Assembly (NCBI GenBank): GCA_951406725.2
Contig: OX597825.1
Coordinates: 6,076,001 to 6,140,000 of the forward strand
Length of the DNA stretch: 64,000 bases
DNA from: Octopus vulgaris
Taxonomy: Eukaryota
Reading direction: 5' to 3'
A program made the position numbers and the translations under genes. The notes under the pieces are model-generated. The model worked only from the letters and a program-made list of their open reading frames with translations. It was not told where the DNA came from and made no database searches. Positions 18,342-32,724 of the stretch are shown one piece after another. Position 1 is the first letter of the stretch. Each line of letters starts with the position of its first letter.

Positions 18342-19471
18342 TCAGAAACTTGGTTGTCTAATGGCACTCTTTGCATAAGCATTGGCACAAACTTTTAGTG
18401 AAACACACGTTATCTTCCAGTTGTTTTCCGACGAAGGATCCCTGAGCAAAGCAAACTTCTGTTCGAAAACTCCCAAGACATGATCCCCTTTGTGAACCGT
18501 ACCGTGAACCAGAACACACACAATACCAACACTCTCAACTTCACTCGTAACACCACCACCAGTGATGTTGGCATTGAAATACAAGTTCTCTTCGCTCACT
18601 AATCTTTTTAGTCTACATGCGACCAGATCAGCACCCTCTGTCCTTTCTTCGTTTCTCACTTCAGATATCAACAGTAAATGTAAGGAACATTGGGGCCAAA
18701 ACTGATCTTTCAAACCAGATTCAGTTCGTGAGTTAAACATTTTATAAAACCAAGATGCAAATGTTTCGCCAAATTGTTTCAAATCACCAGAAGAAAGAAG
18801 GCGGGTTTCTGGTTCTGCCTAGAAATAAAAACAAAAAGAGAAATGTCAAATAGCGTATATAGAGAAGAGGATAAGATACAGGGTGTATAGACTGGATAAG
18901 ACAGTGCATATAGTCAGAGTGAGTCAGTATATAGGATGAGACTATATATATGCGTGTGTGTGTGTGTGTGTGTGGAGGCACAATGGCCCAGTGGTTAAGG
19001 CAGTGGACTCGCGGTTGTAGGATCGCAGTTTCGATTCCCAGACCACGTACTGTGAGTGTTTATTGAGCGAAAACACCTAAAAGCTCCACAAGGCTCCAGC
19101 AGGGGGGGGGGCGATCCCTGCTGTACTCTTTCGCCGCAACTTTCTCTCACACTTTCTTCTGTTGGCCTCCTCGCTTAGCCAGCAGGGTGGCATCATTTGA
19201 AGGCTAAAACAATGCAAAGCGCATTGTGACCAGCAATGTGTAGCAACATCTGATAGCCCGGTCGGTCACGGTGATCACGGTTATACATATATAAATTGCT
19301 AGTCCCCTCTGGAATGGTTGGCATTAGGAAGGGTATCCAGCTGTAGAAACATAGCCAGATCAGATTGGAGTTTGATGCAGCCTCCTGGCTTCCCAAACCC
19401 CAGTCGAACCGTCCAACCCATGCCAACATGGAAAACGGACATTAAACGATGATGATATATATATATGTGTA

Positions 19472-19502
<31 letters not shown>

Positions 19503-20315
19503 TCACACACACATAAATGTAATGGAGTCTGTCTGTCTGTGTGTTTGGAGTTACTCTAACTCCTCCCACACCATCCAACCGATTTTAATGATTTTTGGCA
19601 CATAGGTAAACCACATGCCCTGAAGTTCAAATGAGGCCAGAATTTTTCAAAAACTCACAAATACTCGGGTGGCATCGATTTTTCTGAGCTCAATCAGGTG
19701 TTTGAATGGAAATTCCCATAACTATGTTATTTTTTCCTGCAGCTTTTGCATATTTTCACATAAAATTTCAACAACATCAATAGAATAGTCTCTGAGGAAA
19801 TGGTTATTCAATACAAGGTTAGAGGTGGGTTTAACTTCAACACGGTAAACACAAGTAATGCCAGGTCCAACAGCTAGTATATGTGTGTGTGTGTGTGTGT
19901 GTAACATAATAGTTTAGGGAAAAAACTATTGGTTTCATATCTAGCGTGAACTCGTCATCTCTTCAGTTTTTCTAAACAATAACTGCCCTCTGCAAAGAAT
20001 GTTTTTTTTTTTAAATACAAGAACACCAGTGATAGTTCAAGAAATATTCCTTGGTTATCATTTAGAAAAACTGAAGAGGTGTCTAGTTCACACTAGATAT
20101 GAAACCAATGGGTTTTTTTTTTTTTCTAAACTATTACATTACATATACAAAAATAAACAACTACTCTATATTTTATAGGTATGCTCTTCTGATTTATGAC
20201 ATTGTAACAATATATATATATAAAAGACTTTTTCTATTCCTGAGCGCTATACTAATACATTTGTTTGTTTATACTCCACCTGCCTTCGTCTTTTGTTTAT
20301 TTTCGTAAAATTTCC

Positions 20316-20354
<39 letters not shown>

Positions 20355-20399
20355 CGTCCAACCCATGCTAGCATATAAACGGACATTAAATGATGATGA

Positions 20400-20440
<41 letters not shown>

Positions 20441-22345
20441 GTCCAACCCATGCTAGCATGGAAAACGGACATTAAACAATGATGATGATGATGATATATA
20501 TGTAAATATATATATATATGGGAGGCGCAATGGCCCAGTGGTTAGGGCAGCGGACTCACATGTATGTATGTATATATGTATGTATGTACACATGTATGTT
20601 TGTATGTATGTATGTATGTAGGGAGAGAGAGAGAGAGAGTGAGAATGAGACACAGTGTATCCAGTCAAGTTGAGAAAGTTATATATTGTAGGTAGGACAA
20701 TGCTGAACACATGATATTTGACTGAAAAGAGGAAGTTTTCGATGAGTAATTGCAAGGAATGTGAATTACAGAGCACCTGGAAGTTTGGGGCTGTTATGTA
20801 GTTTTGTTGTGTATGGGATGTAAAAGAAACACATCAAAGTCATGTGCTTAGCTGTCTTAGATGGATCAAGGGTGAAACGGATCTAGTGCCAGGGACAGCT
20901 TGCAAAACTCTGGGAGAACTCTAAATAGTTTGATGAATTGAAGTATCTCGTAGAGTTTAGGAGGTAGGATGTGTTGTACACTAGGTTGAGGTATGATGAA
21001 TAGTCTTGATTAGGTAGCTGACAGTCAATTATTTAAAAAAGAAGGAAGATAGAGAGCTGATGGAACTGTCAATGTACCAGACAAAATGCTAAGCCACTGG
21101 GGCTAACTTTGCCTCTCAAGGTCAATAAAATAATTACCAATGGAGCGCTGGGGTTAATGTAATCGACTTAATGTAATTGACTAAGCCCTCTCCTGAAAAT
21201 TGCTGATCTTCATCCAAAGTTAGAGAAAAGTTTAAAAAAGAAAAGGTCAGAAAATTACCAAATGGGTTTGCTCCCTGGGTGGGGATTGGACTGCAGGATA
21301 AGAAAGCCTTTCTCCAGACCAATATTCTAAAATTCGAGAAATTAAATCCTGTTTTGTTGAACTACCAGACACTGAAACTTGTTGACTGAAAAGATACTGC
21401 TTCAGGTAATCTCGTGTGATTTTCTGTCGGCTCAAAAGTTCACTCGCTGACATAGAAAATGAGAGGATGGCATCAATAGCTTCTGCAATGGAAACAAAAA
21501 TAAATAAATCACATTTGCGTTAATTACAGAAAAATTGTTCTGTTATTCATTTATATTATTTTCTTCCTTTCCAGTGAGATGTAGAAAGGAACCTGAAATT
21601 GTTATATCTTAGACAACAAAGAGTTTCATCATCATCATTTAACGTCTGCTTTCCATGCTAGCACGGATTCGATGATTTGACTGAGGTCTGGAGAACCAGA
21701 TGGCTGCACCAGACTCCTATCTTGATCTGGCAGAGTTTCTACAGCTGGATGCCCTTCTTGACGCCAACCACTCCGAGAGTGTAGTGGGTGCTTTTACGTG
21801 CCACCGGCACGAGGGCCAGTTTGGTGGTACTGGCAACAGCCATGCTCGAATGGTGCTTTTTACGTGCCACCTGCACAGGAGCCAGTCCAGCGGCACTGGT
21901 GACGCCTTCGCTCGAATGTTTCAAATGCCACCAGCACAAGTGCTAGTAAGGTGACACGGTAATGATCACACTCGAATGGTACTCTTAGCGCTCCACTAGC
22001 AACGGATGCCAGTCACCGAGTTTGATTTCGACCTCGATTTCACTTGCCTCAACTGGCAGCAAAGTCCATGGGTGAAGGTCATGTACGTAATATTGGTTAG
22101 ATTCATATCAGACTCAGTTCAGTAGATAACAATCAAAAGTGCTCATCATGACCATCCCAAACTTAGCTTAACCCTTCCGTGACCAACCCGACTGAAACCG
22201 GCTCTGGTTCTGTAGAGAAGCAAACGCGAAACCTGAATAACGGGACTTTTATTAAACTTCTGCTTAAATTGATTTTGCTGAATGCATCCAGATTACATAT
22301 TTATATATATGTATATATATCTATGCATATATATATATATATAAG

Positions 22346-22428
<83 letters not shown>

Positions 22429-22435
22429 GTATGTA

Positions 22436-22484
<49 letters not shown>

Positions 22485-25400
22485 TATTATAAAAGGCAGA
22501 TTTTATCTGCCTCCCTTTGTCTCTTATAGAAATCTACAATATAGGATTTCTTCAATTACAATTTACCTAGCATTTTTAAGAGTAGAATGCATCGGGTCGT
22601 GCCAGGTCCGGTTTTTAAAATTTCAACCCCAATTAAGCAAAATTTAGAGAAAACTCATTGTGGTGTGTAAGTGAAGTGCTTTTCTTAGTGTGGGCTACAG
22701 CACACACACACAAAAACGGAGCGATCTGCTTCACTCACACTATCACCCTAATTTCTCCAACTTTCTCTTTGCAAGTGTACCTTAAACCACTAATAAAAAA
22801 AAAAAAAACACAGCAAACAGAAACAAATAAATACATAACGATTTACTCCTCACACAATTTCTTCAATTAGAGTTTACCTATGATTTTTCAAAGTACTTCC
22901 ATTCGGTCATGCCATACAAAATTTCTTTCAATTTCACCCCCAATTAAGACAAAATTCGAGAAAACTCAATATTTTAACATTTCACTCCGAAAGCAATGAT
23001 GTACATGTTTGCGTACTTGAGTGTGTGTGTGTGTGTTTGATGGGATATGCGACACAGAAAGTGTGGTGTGTAAGTGAAGTGCTTTTGTTAGTGTGTGTAA
23101 AGAGACAGAGAGAGTACACATACCTACGTACACCTAAAGCACGCACACACACACACAAGCGGAGCGCGAACTTCAAAAGAAATTCGCGCGCTATCTATCT
23201 GGTTTGCCATTCCCCACACACACGCATACACATACACATATGACAGTGACAAACACAAACGTTTCAAACAACTACTTACAAACACGTGTGTGTTTGTTAT
23301 TAGTAAAAAAGGCGCCAAACACAACTCACTTCTCATTCGAACACATTTGCAAAAACACACTGACGGTCGAATTGCCATAACAATACAGAAAAGGTAAATT
23401 GGTTTTTAATTTACTTTCTGTCGTTAAATTTTGGTAGTATTAATTGGCGAGCGTACTTCTGTTGTCAATTGTTGACAGAAAGAAATTGTAAGCTAATAAG
23501 GTGTGTGTAGGAAGTGAAGGATAAAAATATTGCAAGAAGTGGACAGATGTACATATATACATCCATACATACATGTGTGTGTGTGTCTATGTATGTGTAT
23601 TAATGTGTGTGTGTTATCTCTATATAAAGCTGAAGTTGTCTGTGTGCGCCATGTTTGGTAACCTTCAACTAACACTATCTCCTCCGAGACCCTGCGGCGC
23701 AAGTTGACCAAAATTGACAGTATGATAGAAGAAGGGTTGCTCTTCCTTCCGTAGAACATAAAATTCAAATCGGACCATGTTAACACCAAAAATTATTTAC
23801 ATCAAAAAGCTGCTTTTTTCTATGAAAATCCCTATTTTTTACGATTTTTTCACTGCTGTGTCGCCACTTTTTGGTGTATTTCGACCAGAAAAATGTTCAC
23901 AAAATTTTTACTTTTCAAAATTACAATTCCAGCGGGTCGAAACAAACCCAAGCAACGCCGGGCGATACTGCTAGTATATATATATATATATATAATGTAT
24001 ATATAGTTATGTATGTATGTATATATATTTGTATTCCAAAATCTTTAGATTAAACTCATTTTTAGTAACCTAGCATGTCTATGAAATTGTCTTGGAAATA
24101 CCAGCACATAGTAATGAATTATTTTATTAGTGTAAGTTTTTGTTTTCATAAGTTCTTAATTAAAATCTTCCACCAAACCTTAGTCACAATTTATGTCCCT
24201 AACACTAGCTTAATGATAACAAAGTTATTTTACTAAATTCTTTGTTATATTTAAAACAATTAAAAGAAACACAGAGCATCTCAAAATAAATATGGTAACG
24301 AAAGGGTTAACTACTGCATATCCGGGACTACATAATCCAATGTGTCAAACTTTGTCAAGAAAGTAGGTTGTAATTTGAGGGAGATTTAGCTGTTACATCT
24401 AGTGGGTTAAACGACCATATGCAGGCTCTTGTATTTGAGTAAGGACTGTAAAGCTGTATGGTAAAGGCGTAAAAGTCTTATGTGCAAATGACTACACTCA
24501 TGGAGTGGTTGGCATTAGGAAAGGCATCCAGTTGTAGAAACACTGCCAAATCAGACTGGAGCCTGGTGCAGCCTCCATGGCTTCCCAGACCCCAGTCAAA
24601 CCGTCCAACCTGTGATAGCATGGAAAACGAACGTTAAACGATGATGATGATGATGATGGTGGATACATACAATGAAAATTTGGTGGATACATACAAACAA
24701 TGGAAAAATTGAAACCAATATATTTTTCCACATAAATTCCATGCCATATATTATAGGATGCATAGCCTAGCAGTTAGTGTAAGGCATTCACGCTTGGCCA
24801 CACCCCACTTATGTTTTTTTTTTTACAGAGGAGTGGCTGTGTGGTAAGTAGCTTGCTTACCAACCATATGGTTCCGGGTTCAGTCCCACTGCGTGGCATC
24901 TTGGGCAAGTGTCTTCTGCTTTAGCCCCGGGCCGACAAAAGCCTTGTGAGTGGATTTGGTAGACGGAAACTGAAAGAAGCCTGTCGTATATATGTATGTG
25001 TGTGTGTGTGTTTGTGTGTGTCTGTGTTTGTTCCCCTAGCATTGCTTGACAACCAATGCTGGTGTGTTTACGTCCCCGTCACTTAGCGGTTCGGCAAAAG
25101 AGACCGATAGAATAAGTACTGGGCTTACAAAAGAATAAGTCCGGGGATCGAGTTGCTTGATTAAAGGCGGTGCTCTAGCATGACCGCAGTCAAATGACTG
25201 AAACAAGTAAAAGAGTAAACCCACATTTTCAGCTACGGAGATTACGAATTTGTAAATAAATTTTTCTATTTCAAAACTTAATTTCCCCGACCCCACCCTT
25301 CTCTCTTTCACTTTAAAACGAAAGTAAATAAATAAAAGATTTTCATGGAAATTGAAGAACAAAACAGTTGATCCGGATAAAAGTTCGTTGACAACTTTGC

Positions 25401-26179
25401 GAGTTAAAACGAAACAGCAGAATTTATTTTTAATTTTAATTATTTCAAAACAAAAAACACAGTAGCCCCTCGCGAATGTACGGATGTTTTTAAACCCTTT
25501 CGTTACACTCTGCGCATTAAACAGGCTTTCACATGCTAGAAATAACAGCCAAATCTCCGACGGCAACTCCACGCACTTTGTAGGCATTCCTACACAAGTG
25601 TGCCCCCTGCAATTTATTTCCTCGTAACTTTCAGAAGAATGGATATGTTTTAATAAAATTCTCTACATATATTCTTAATACGGTGTAGATTCCGATTATA
25701 TCGGAATTTGTTTGGGAAAAAGTTTTCCGAACAGAGGGGAGCGGAGTTTCGAAGAATTCCCGTATCGGCTTTGTTTCTTCGCCTATGCCAAAACGAAAGA
25801 TCGCTTATGCTTCAGACAATGTAGGTTTTGATTATATAGGAATTTGTTGGGGGCAAAAAATGCGGTAAAATAAAGAAAGAAAGGTGGACAGGTGCGATAA
25901 AATAATGAAAGAAATATGTTATCAATCATCCAAACGGCTGCTTCATAATTCACATAAACACATTCTGTATAACCGTAGTTTTTCGCCAATACCTTACAAG
26001 CAACACGCACACACACATATATATATATCTATCTATGTGTGTATGTGTATATATATATATATATAAATTAAATATAAAATATAAATTACAAAGTGGGACA
26101 AGAACGCAAAAACACACAGAGACGACACAAAAAAACAGACGGGTCACTCGAAGCCTATATATATATATATACACACACG

Positions 26180-26229
<50 letters not shown>

Positions 26230-26257
26230 TATATGTATATGTACACATATACGTGTG

Positions 26258-26288
<31 letters not shown>

Positions 26289-26339
26289 ATGTATATATAT
26301 ATATGTGTATGTATAAATATATGTATGTATATATATATG

Positions 26340-26390
<51 letters not shown>

Positions 26391-26525
26391 ATATATATGT
26401 ATATATATATATATATGTATATATATATGTACATATATTTGTGTGTGTATATATATATATGTGTGTGTATATATATATATACACACATGTGTACATATAT
26501 ATATGTATGTATATTTATACACACG

Positions 26526-26593
<68 letters not shown>

Positions 26594-26602
26594 TATATAT
26601 AT

Positions 26603-26635
<33 letters not shown>

Positions 26636-26761
26636 CAACCCTCGGTCATTGGAGTTCGACTAAGCGCTCCATGGATTCGAACCCATTCGCCACTCTATAA
26701 CCGGAAATATAATTTTACTTCCAATAAATAAAACGTTTAGAGTGCAATAATAATAATAATA

Positions 26762-26799
<38 letters not shown>

Positions 26800-27027
26800 C
26801 ATAATTCCCCCGAGTCCCTGATCCTCCGACGATAAGACAAGATAAGACGAAGCCTGAGAGTTTTGGAAGTAAAATGTAAATAAAGAGAATCTCCTCCTTT
26901 TACCTTCTCGACTGAACACATGGATGGATTTCCCGGTGACTGTGTTCGCCAGCGACAGAATGACTTTGTAATCTAATTGGTTTAGTAGGTTACGGCAACC
27001 TTTCTTCTCCGCTCCTGTGAAATTCAT
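18342..27027 (-). CDS. C3orf38: C3orf38/DUF4518-family protein, paralog 2 (3 exons: 27027-26904, 21482-21259, 18818-18342; 274 aa)
   Basis: Exons 1 and 2 have the same lengths (124, 224 nt) and splice sites as paralog 1. The frame is intact: [31 protein letters not shown]...[15 protein letters not shown]...[23 protein letters not shown]...[17 protein letters not shown]. Confidence 0.88.
23617..23974 (+). mobile_element. Non-autonomous Helitron-like element
   Basis: A|TCTCTATATAAAG...CCCAAGCAACGCCGGGCGATACTGCTAG|T. Confidence 0.75.
24829..25216 (+). mobile_element. tRNA-derived SINE composite, copy-2-specific insertion
   Basis: Head GGAGTGGCTGTGTGGTAAG...GGTTCAGTCCC; absent at the paralogous site ~7298. 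Same family at 30458-30898(-), 50652-51013(-) and 58612-58973(-). Confidence 0.8.
26156..26635. repeat. Long compound (TA)/(TG)/(CA) microsatellite
   Basis: Directly visible; it generates the YIYI pseudo-ORFs. Confidence 0.95.
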
Positions 27028-28082
27028 TGCTGGTCTTTGAATTCCTTCAACTGAGAAACGGCAACATTCCAAAGTGAAACCAATGACATCCGGAAATAGT
27101 TCCAAGAAAATGGTTGGTAAAGGGGGGTAACTCGAGATGCAAGATTTCATTAGCCACCAGGTGGCATCGTTTAGGTTGGGGAAAACATCAAGGACCAAAG
27201 GCAGGAGGAGTTGGCAGAAACGTTAGCGCACCGGGCGAAATGCTTAGCGCTATTTCGTCTACCACTACGTCTTGAGTTCAAATTCCGCCGAGGTCGACTT
27301 TGCCTTTCATCCTTTCGGGGTCGATAAATTCAGTACCTGTTGCGTATTGGATTAGAACTAATCGACTGGGCCCCTCCCCAAAGATTTCGAGCCTTGTACC
27401 TAGAATAGAAACGAATCTTTTAAAGGCGGCGAGCTGGCAGAATCGTTAGCGCGCCGGACGAAATGCTGAGCGGTAGTTCGTCTGTCTTTATGTTCTGAGT
27501 TCAAATTCCGCCAAGGTCGACTTTGCCTTTCATCCTTTCGGGGTCGATTAAATAAGTACCAGTTACGCACTGGGGTCGATGTAATCGACTTAATCCGTTT
27601 GTCTGTCCTTGTTTGTCCTCTCTGTGTTTAGTCCCTTGAGGGTAGTAAAGAAATAAGTATTCCGTCTGCCGTTACGTTCTGAGTTCAAATTCCGCCGAGG
27701 TCGACTTTGCCTTTCATCCTTTCGGTGTCGATTAAATAAATACCAGTTACGCATGTATGTATATATATATGTGTGTGTGTGGAGGCGCAATGGCCCAGTG
27801 GTTAGGGCAGCAGGATCGCGGTTTCGATTCCCAGACCGGGCATTGTGAGTGTTTATTGAGCGAAAATACCTAAAGCCCCACGAGGCAGGGGGGGGGGCGA
27901 TCCATGCTGTACTCTTTCGCCACAACTTTCTCTCACTCTTTCTTCTGTTGGCCTACTCGCTTAGCCAGTGGGGTGGCGTCATTTGAAGGCTAAAACAATG
28001 TGAAGCGCATTGTGACCTGCGATGTGTAGCAACATCTAATAGCCTGGTTGGTCACGGTGATCATGGTGATATATATATATAC

Positions 28083-28143
<61 letters not shown>

Positions 28144-29264
28144 TATATATATATATACACATACACACATATACATATAATAGGTAGTCCATCAGTGCCT
28201 GATGATGACAAAGTCTGTGTTGCCAGCAATGAGAGTGGTCATGACCCTGCAGTACAAATCTGGAGGCACACTGGCGCCCACGGATGTCACAGCAATAGTC
28301 TGTTGACTTGATTGAGGCAGATACTGCCCTGTGATGTCGTTTTCTTGCAGCATCAAGATTCTGTTACCGATCCTCTTCAAAGGCTGCTGCTGTTGCTGTT
28401 GCTGTTGAGCGAACGGTCTTCGTCCCAGAGCTCGCAAGATGGGAGAAGTCCGAAACGTGGTCCATTGCTATTCGTAAGACCCGCAGAAGAGAAAGCAAGT
28501 CAACCCCCGACACCGAGAGCATCGACGGATGGATGAATGCACATCCAGGTTCAGCGGTTGCGTAGGAAGTCGGGGACAAGAAACAGGAAGAAAGTGTGAG
28601 AGAAAGATGGAGCGAAAAAGTACAACAGGGGTCACGACCACCCCCTGCCGGAGCCTCGTGGAGCTTTAGGTGTTTTCGCTCTATAAACACACACAACCCC
28701 TGGTCTGGGAATCGAAACCGCGATCCTCCGACCACGAGTCCGCTGCCCTAACCATTGGGCCATTGTGCCTCCACGGCAGCTGCTGCTCATGCGATGAGAG
28801 ACCTCCACACTGATCTGTCGACAGCAGAGGCTTCAAGTTCATCTGCTCAAAATGCTTCTCCATTTGAGGTTACTTTTCAAAGTGTCTTTGTACCTCGGTT
28901 TAGGTTTTCCTCATTTTGCATGAGCCCTGCATGAGCTCAACACACAACCGCTGCCTGGGTGACACGGTTGTCAGTCATTCTGATGACATGGCCAGTCCAG
29001 CGTCGCTGAGCCTTCAGCAACATTGACTCAGTACCTCTTGATTCGTCACACTGTCCTGCCAGCAAATGCCCATCACCCCGTGCAGTGCCCTTGTCTGAGA
29101 TTGTTCCAGCTATTTGATGTGTCAACAGTATGGGGTCCATACTAGCGCCTAGCCCCACCCACAAGATACTAACCCTCCCTGAATGCTCCAAGGGGATATA
29201 AAAAGGAACGAACAAAAAGGCATCGGAGGGGCGATGCATATCCGACGCTCACACAAGGATAAAA

Positions 29265-29647
29265 TCTCTATATATAAAAGAGAGGTTGTGTGTCTGTCTC
29301 CTACGATTTAGATTCCTAACTACTCCCACATTTTGCGGTGCAGTTTAACCAAAACCGGGTATCTTATAGTCATGATTCATATCGAGCCCTTCTGGGTATT
29401 AGCGCGCGGCTACGATGAGTCTACGATGAGTCTACGATTTTAAAAAAAATTTACCATCTAAATGCATTTTTCGCTATTATATAAGGGAAGTAACTCTCTT
29501 AAAATGTCAACGATTTAAAAAAAATTTACCATCATTTTTTTTCCATTTTTAATACATTTTTTTGCTATTTATTTGTTATAACTCTCTAAAAATGCTTATA
29601 TAGTTATTTCCCTTAGAAACCCGAGCAACGCTGGGCGATACTGCTAG
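29265..29647 (+). mobile_element. Non-autonomous Helitron-like element, copy-2 specific
   Basis: 5' TC, a subterminal hairpin CCCGAGCAACGCTGGG and a 3' CTAG; inserted between A and T with no TSD (empty site caaaa|taaaatataat at ~11291). Related copies at 11592-11986(-), 29952-30442(-), 31896-32297(-) and 23617-23974(+). Confidence 0.85.
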
Positions 29648-30651
29648 TAAAATATAATTTCATTTAATATATTCTCAGACGAATTCACTTTTCAACAAAA
29701 TTACATCAAGAGTTATTTCCCCTGCTTATCATTTATGTTTATGTGACAAAGGTCGGGAAAAAAACATTTTAATTCACTTGTCCGCCAATTTTGAAAATAT
29801 TCAAACCAAAACAATGAATTCGAGCCACTCACCCAATGAGCATTTCTGCTAAATTTGACGAAAATCCATTCTGTCGTTTTTCAGTGATTTTGCGAACAGA
29901 CAAACAGACAGAAAAAGACGAGCGACTGCAATATCCTGCTTTCGCTTACGTGCAGTATCGCCCGGCGTTGCTCGGGTTTGTAAGGGAATTAACTATACAG
30001 CATTTTTAGAGAGTTATAGCCAAAAAGTAGCAAAAAAATTTATTAAAAATGGAAAAAAATTATGGTAAATTTTTTTTTAAATCGTTGACTCATCGTAAAC
30101 ATTTTTAGAGTTACTTCCCTTATATAATAGCGAAAAAATGCATTAAAATGGGAAAAATGATGGTAAACTTTTTTTAAATCGTTGACTCATCGTAGACATT
30201 TTTAGAGAGTTACTTCCCTTATATAATAACGAAAAAAATGGAATAAAATGGGAAAAAATGATGGTAAATTTTTTTTAAAATCGTAAACTCATCGTAGACG
30301 CGCGCTAATACCCAGAAGGGCTCGATATGAATCACGACTATAAGATACCCGGTTTTGGTTAAACTGCACCGCAAAATGTGGGAGTAGTTAGGAATCTAAA
30401 TCGTAGGAGACAGACACACAACCTCTCTTTTATATATAAAGATATATATATTTTTTTACTTGTTTCAGTCATTTGACTGCGGCCATGCTGGAGCACCGCC
30501 TTTAGTCGAGCAAATCGACCCCGGGACTTATTCTTTGTAAGCCTAGTACTTATTCTATCGGTATCTATTGCCGAACCGCTAGGTGACGGGGACGTAAACG
30601 CACCAGCATCGGTTGTCAAGCAATGCTAGGGGGACAAACACAGACACACAA

Positions 30652-30739
<88 letters not shown>

Positions 30740-30960
30740 GACAGGCTTCTTTCAGTTTCCGTCTACCAAATCCACTCACAAGGCATTGGTCGACCCGGGG
30801 CTATAGCAGAAGACACTTGCCCAAGATGCCACGCAGTGGGACTGAACCCGGAACCATGTGGTTGGTTAGCCAGCTACTTACCACACAGCCACTCCTGCAC
30901 CTTATATGTTAAATATAAAAGGAACATCATAAAATATAATAAATGTGTGTGTGAACATAT

Positions 30961-31520
30961 TGGGTCGTCCCATAGATAATGTTTTTTTTTTCAATTGCAT
31001 GAACTAAAAGTTGGAGGGGGACAGGATAAACTACCTGCATCAACTTGCTATAAATGCAGGTAGTAATTTTACCTTGTACTTATTCTTAGTGCAAGTTTTG
31101 AAGAGTGCAGTTAGATTTTAACAGTTATTTTTTCTTTCAAAGCTGCAATGGAAGTGGCAAAGGACCATATTCGCCATATTTTGCTTTATGAGTTCTATGA
31201 AGGCATCATGGCAACAGAAAGTGCGAGGAATATTAATGCAGTCTATGGAGATCGAACGATAAGTGTAAGCCAGTGTCAATGGTGGTTCTAGAAATTCTGA
31301 GATGGAAACTACAGCCTAGAAGACGAGACTCATCCTGGAAGATCTGTGGAGCTCAATGATGACGTCCTGCAAACCCTGGTGGAACAAAATTCCATCATAA
31401 CTGTTGAGGAACTAGCAGAGAAGCTTGGATTTGGTCATTCGACCATTCATTGACACCTGCATGCCATAAAAAAAAGTCGGCAAATTGGATCAATGGGTTC
31501 CTCACAAACTTTCTAAGCCT
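30961..31520 (+). mobile_element. Mariner 5' fragment (left TIR plus decayed HTH region)
   Basis: TA followed by the TIR-like start TTGGGTCGTCCC; from 31148, MEVAKDHIRHILLYEF..ESARNINAVYG..WWF*KF*DGNYSLED..HPGR with stops. Confidence 0.8.
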
Positions 31521-31895
31521 TCTTAGAGTCTATCCAGGCCACAGGAAGATGTTCTTCCCTGTTGTGACAACCAGCAAGAAGCATTTTGTCATCATCATCA
31601 TCATTGTTTAAATCCATTTTGTTCATCAGCGTAAATTTTATTGTTAATGATGAAAGTATACGTGCATTCCATTAGGACAGATTTAAAAAAAGAAAAAACA
31701 TTGTTGTAAGGAATGTTATGGGTCTGTTGTTCTGAAGAATTTGTTTCATCATTTTTGTAGAGCTAAAAGAGGGTTATTATTGACAACTATTCTGGGGTCA
31801 TTTACGTTTTTTTTATATGAGGGAATCCTGAAAAGTTTTTGGCTTAGAGTAAAAGAAAATACAGAAGGATTAGTTAATTATGATTTTATTTAATA

Positions 31896-32297
31896 CTAGC
31901 AGTATCGCCCGGCGTCGCTCGGATTTGTAAGGGAAATAACTATATAAGCATTTTTAGAGAGTTATAGCCAAAAAAATAGCAAAAAAATGCATTCAAAATG
32001 GAAAAAAATTATGGTAAATTTTTTTTTAAATCGTTGACTCATCGTAGACATTTTTAGAGAGTTACTTCACTTATATGATAGCGTAAAAAATGCATTAAAA
32101 TGGAAAAAAATTATGGTAAATTTTTTTTTAAATCGTAGACTCATCGTAGACGCGCGCTAATACCCAGAAGTGCTCGATATGAATCACGAATATAAGATAC
32201 CCGGTTTTGGTTAAACTGCAACGCAAAATGTGGGAGTAGTTAGGAATCTAAATCGTAGGAGACAGACAGCACACAACCTCACTTTTATATATAAAGA
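31896..32297 (-). mobile_element. Non-autonomous Helitron-like element
   Basis: Reverse complement of the 29265 family, with intact TC and CTAG ends. Confidence 0.8.
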
Positions 32298-32724
32298 TAT
32301 TCCCCTCTCAGATTCCCACACTTATTGCAACATTCCTTCAGTTTTTCTAAGCCTTGTAAAAGTAATTGTTGCAACGTAATTACAAGGGGGTGCTGAAAAG
32401 TTCCTGGCTTTAAGGGTCTCATAAAAGGCCTGGTTGGAGGCCTGACATACATACATTGCTTCTCAACTAATGTTGGTGTGTTTACGTCCCCATAAATTAT
32501 CAGCTTCACAAAAGAGTCCGAGAGAATGGGTACTTGGGTTCGATTCCTTTATGCGAAGCCTACAAGATTTAGTATGTGTGTTACATGGTGTTGATTCAGT
32601 AATTATCGACCACCTTTAATTATACTCAATTTTAGACTCTTTGAGGCGTTTAATGTATGATGCTAATGTCGTGGAATTTTTTATATTGGGGTGAATAAAT
32701 GAATTCTTGTGTCCCCTATATCTA

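Larger units (their letters stand above)
15049..30558 (+). repeat. Segmental tandem duplication, copy 2 (with copy-specific insertions)
   Basis: Colinear with 1..12101. Extra segments at 16411-17320, ~22216-24137, 24829-25216 and 29265-29647. Lacks ~4888-5198 of copy 1. Confidence 0.93.

Noticed and set aside
25950-26731. Long [12 protein letters not shown] ORFs (also at 34772-35686, 7925-8818, 22179-22647 and elsewhere)
   Set aside because: They are translations of TA/CA/TG microsatellites, open on several frames and both strands; not genes.
26737-27198. 153-aa single-exon ORF with an N-terminal extension of C3orf38
   Set aside because: It starts at a non-ATG codon, the upstream part is not conserved in frame in copy 1, and the downstream part reads through the splice donor into (ATT)n. 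The real exon is 27027-26904.
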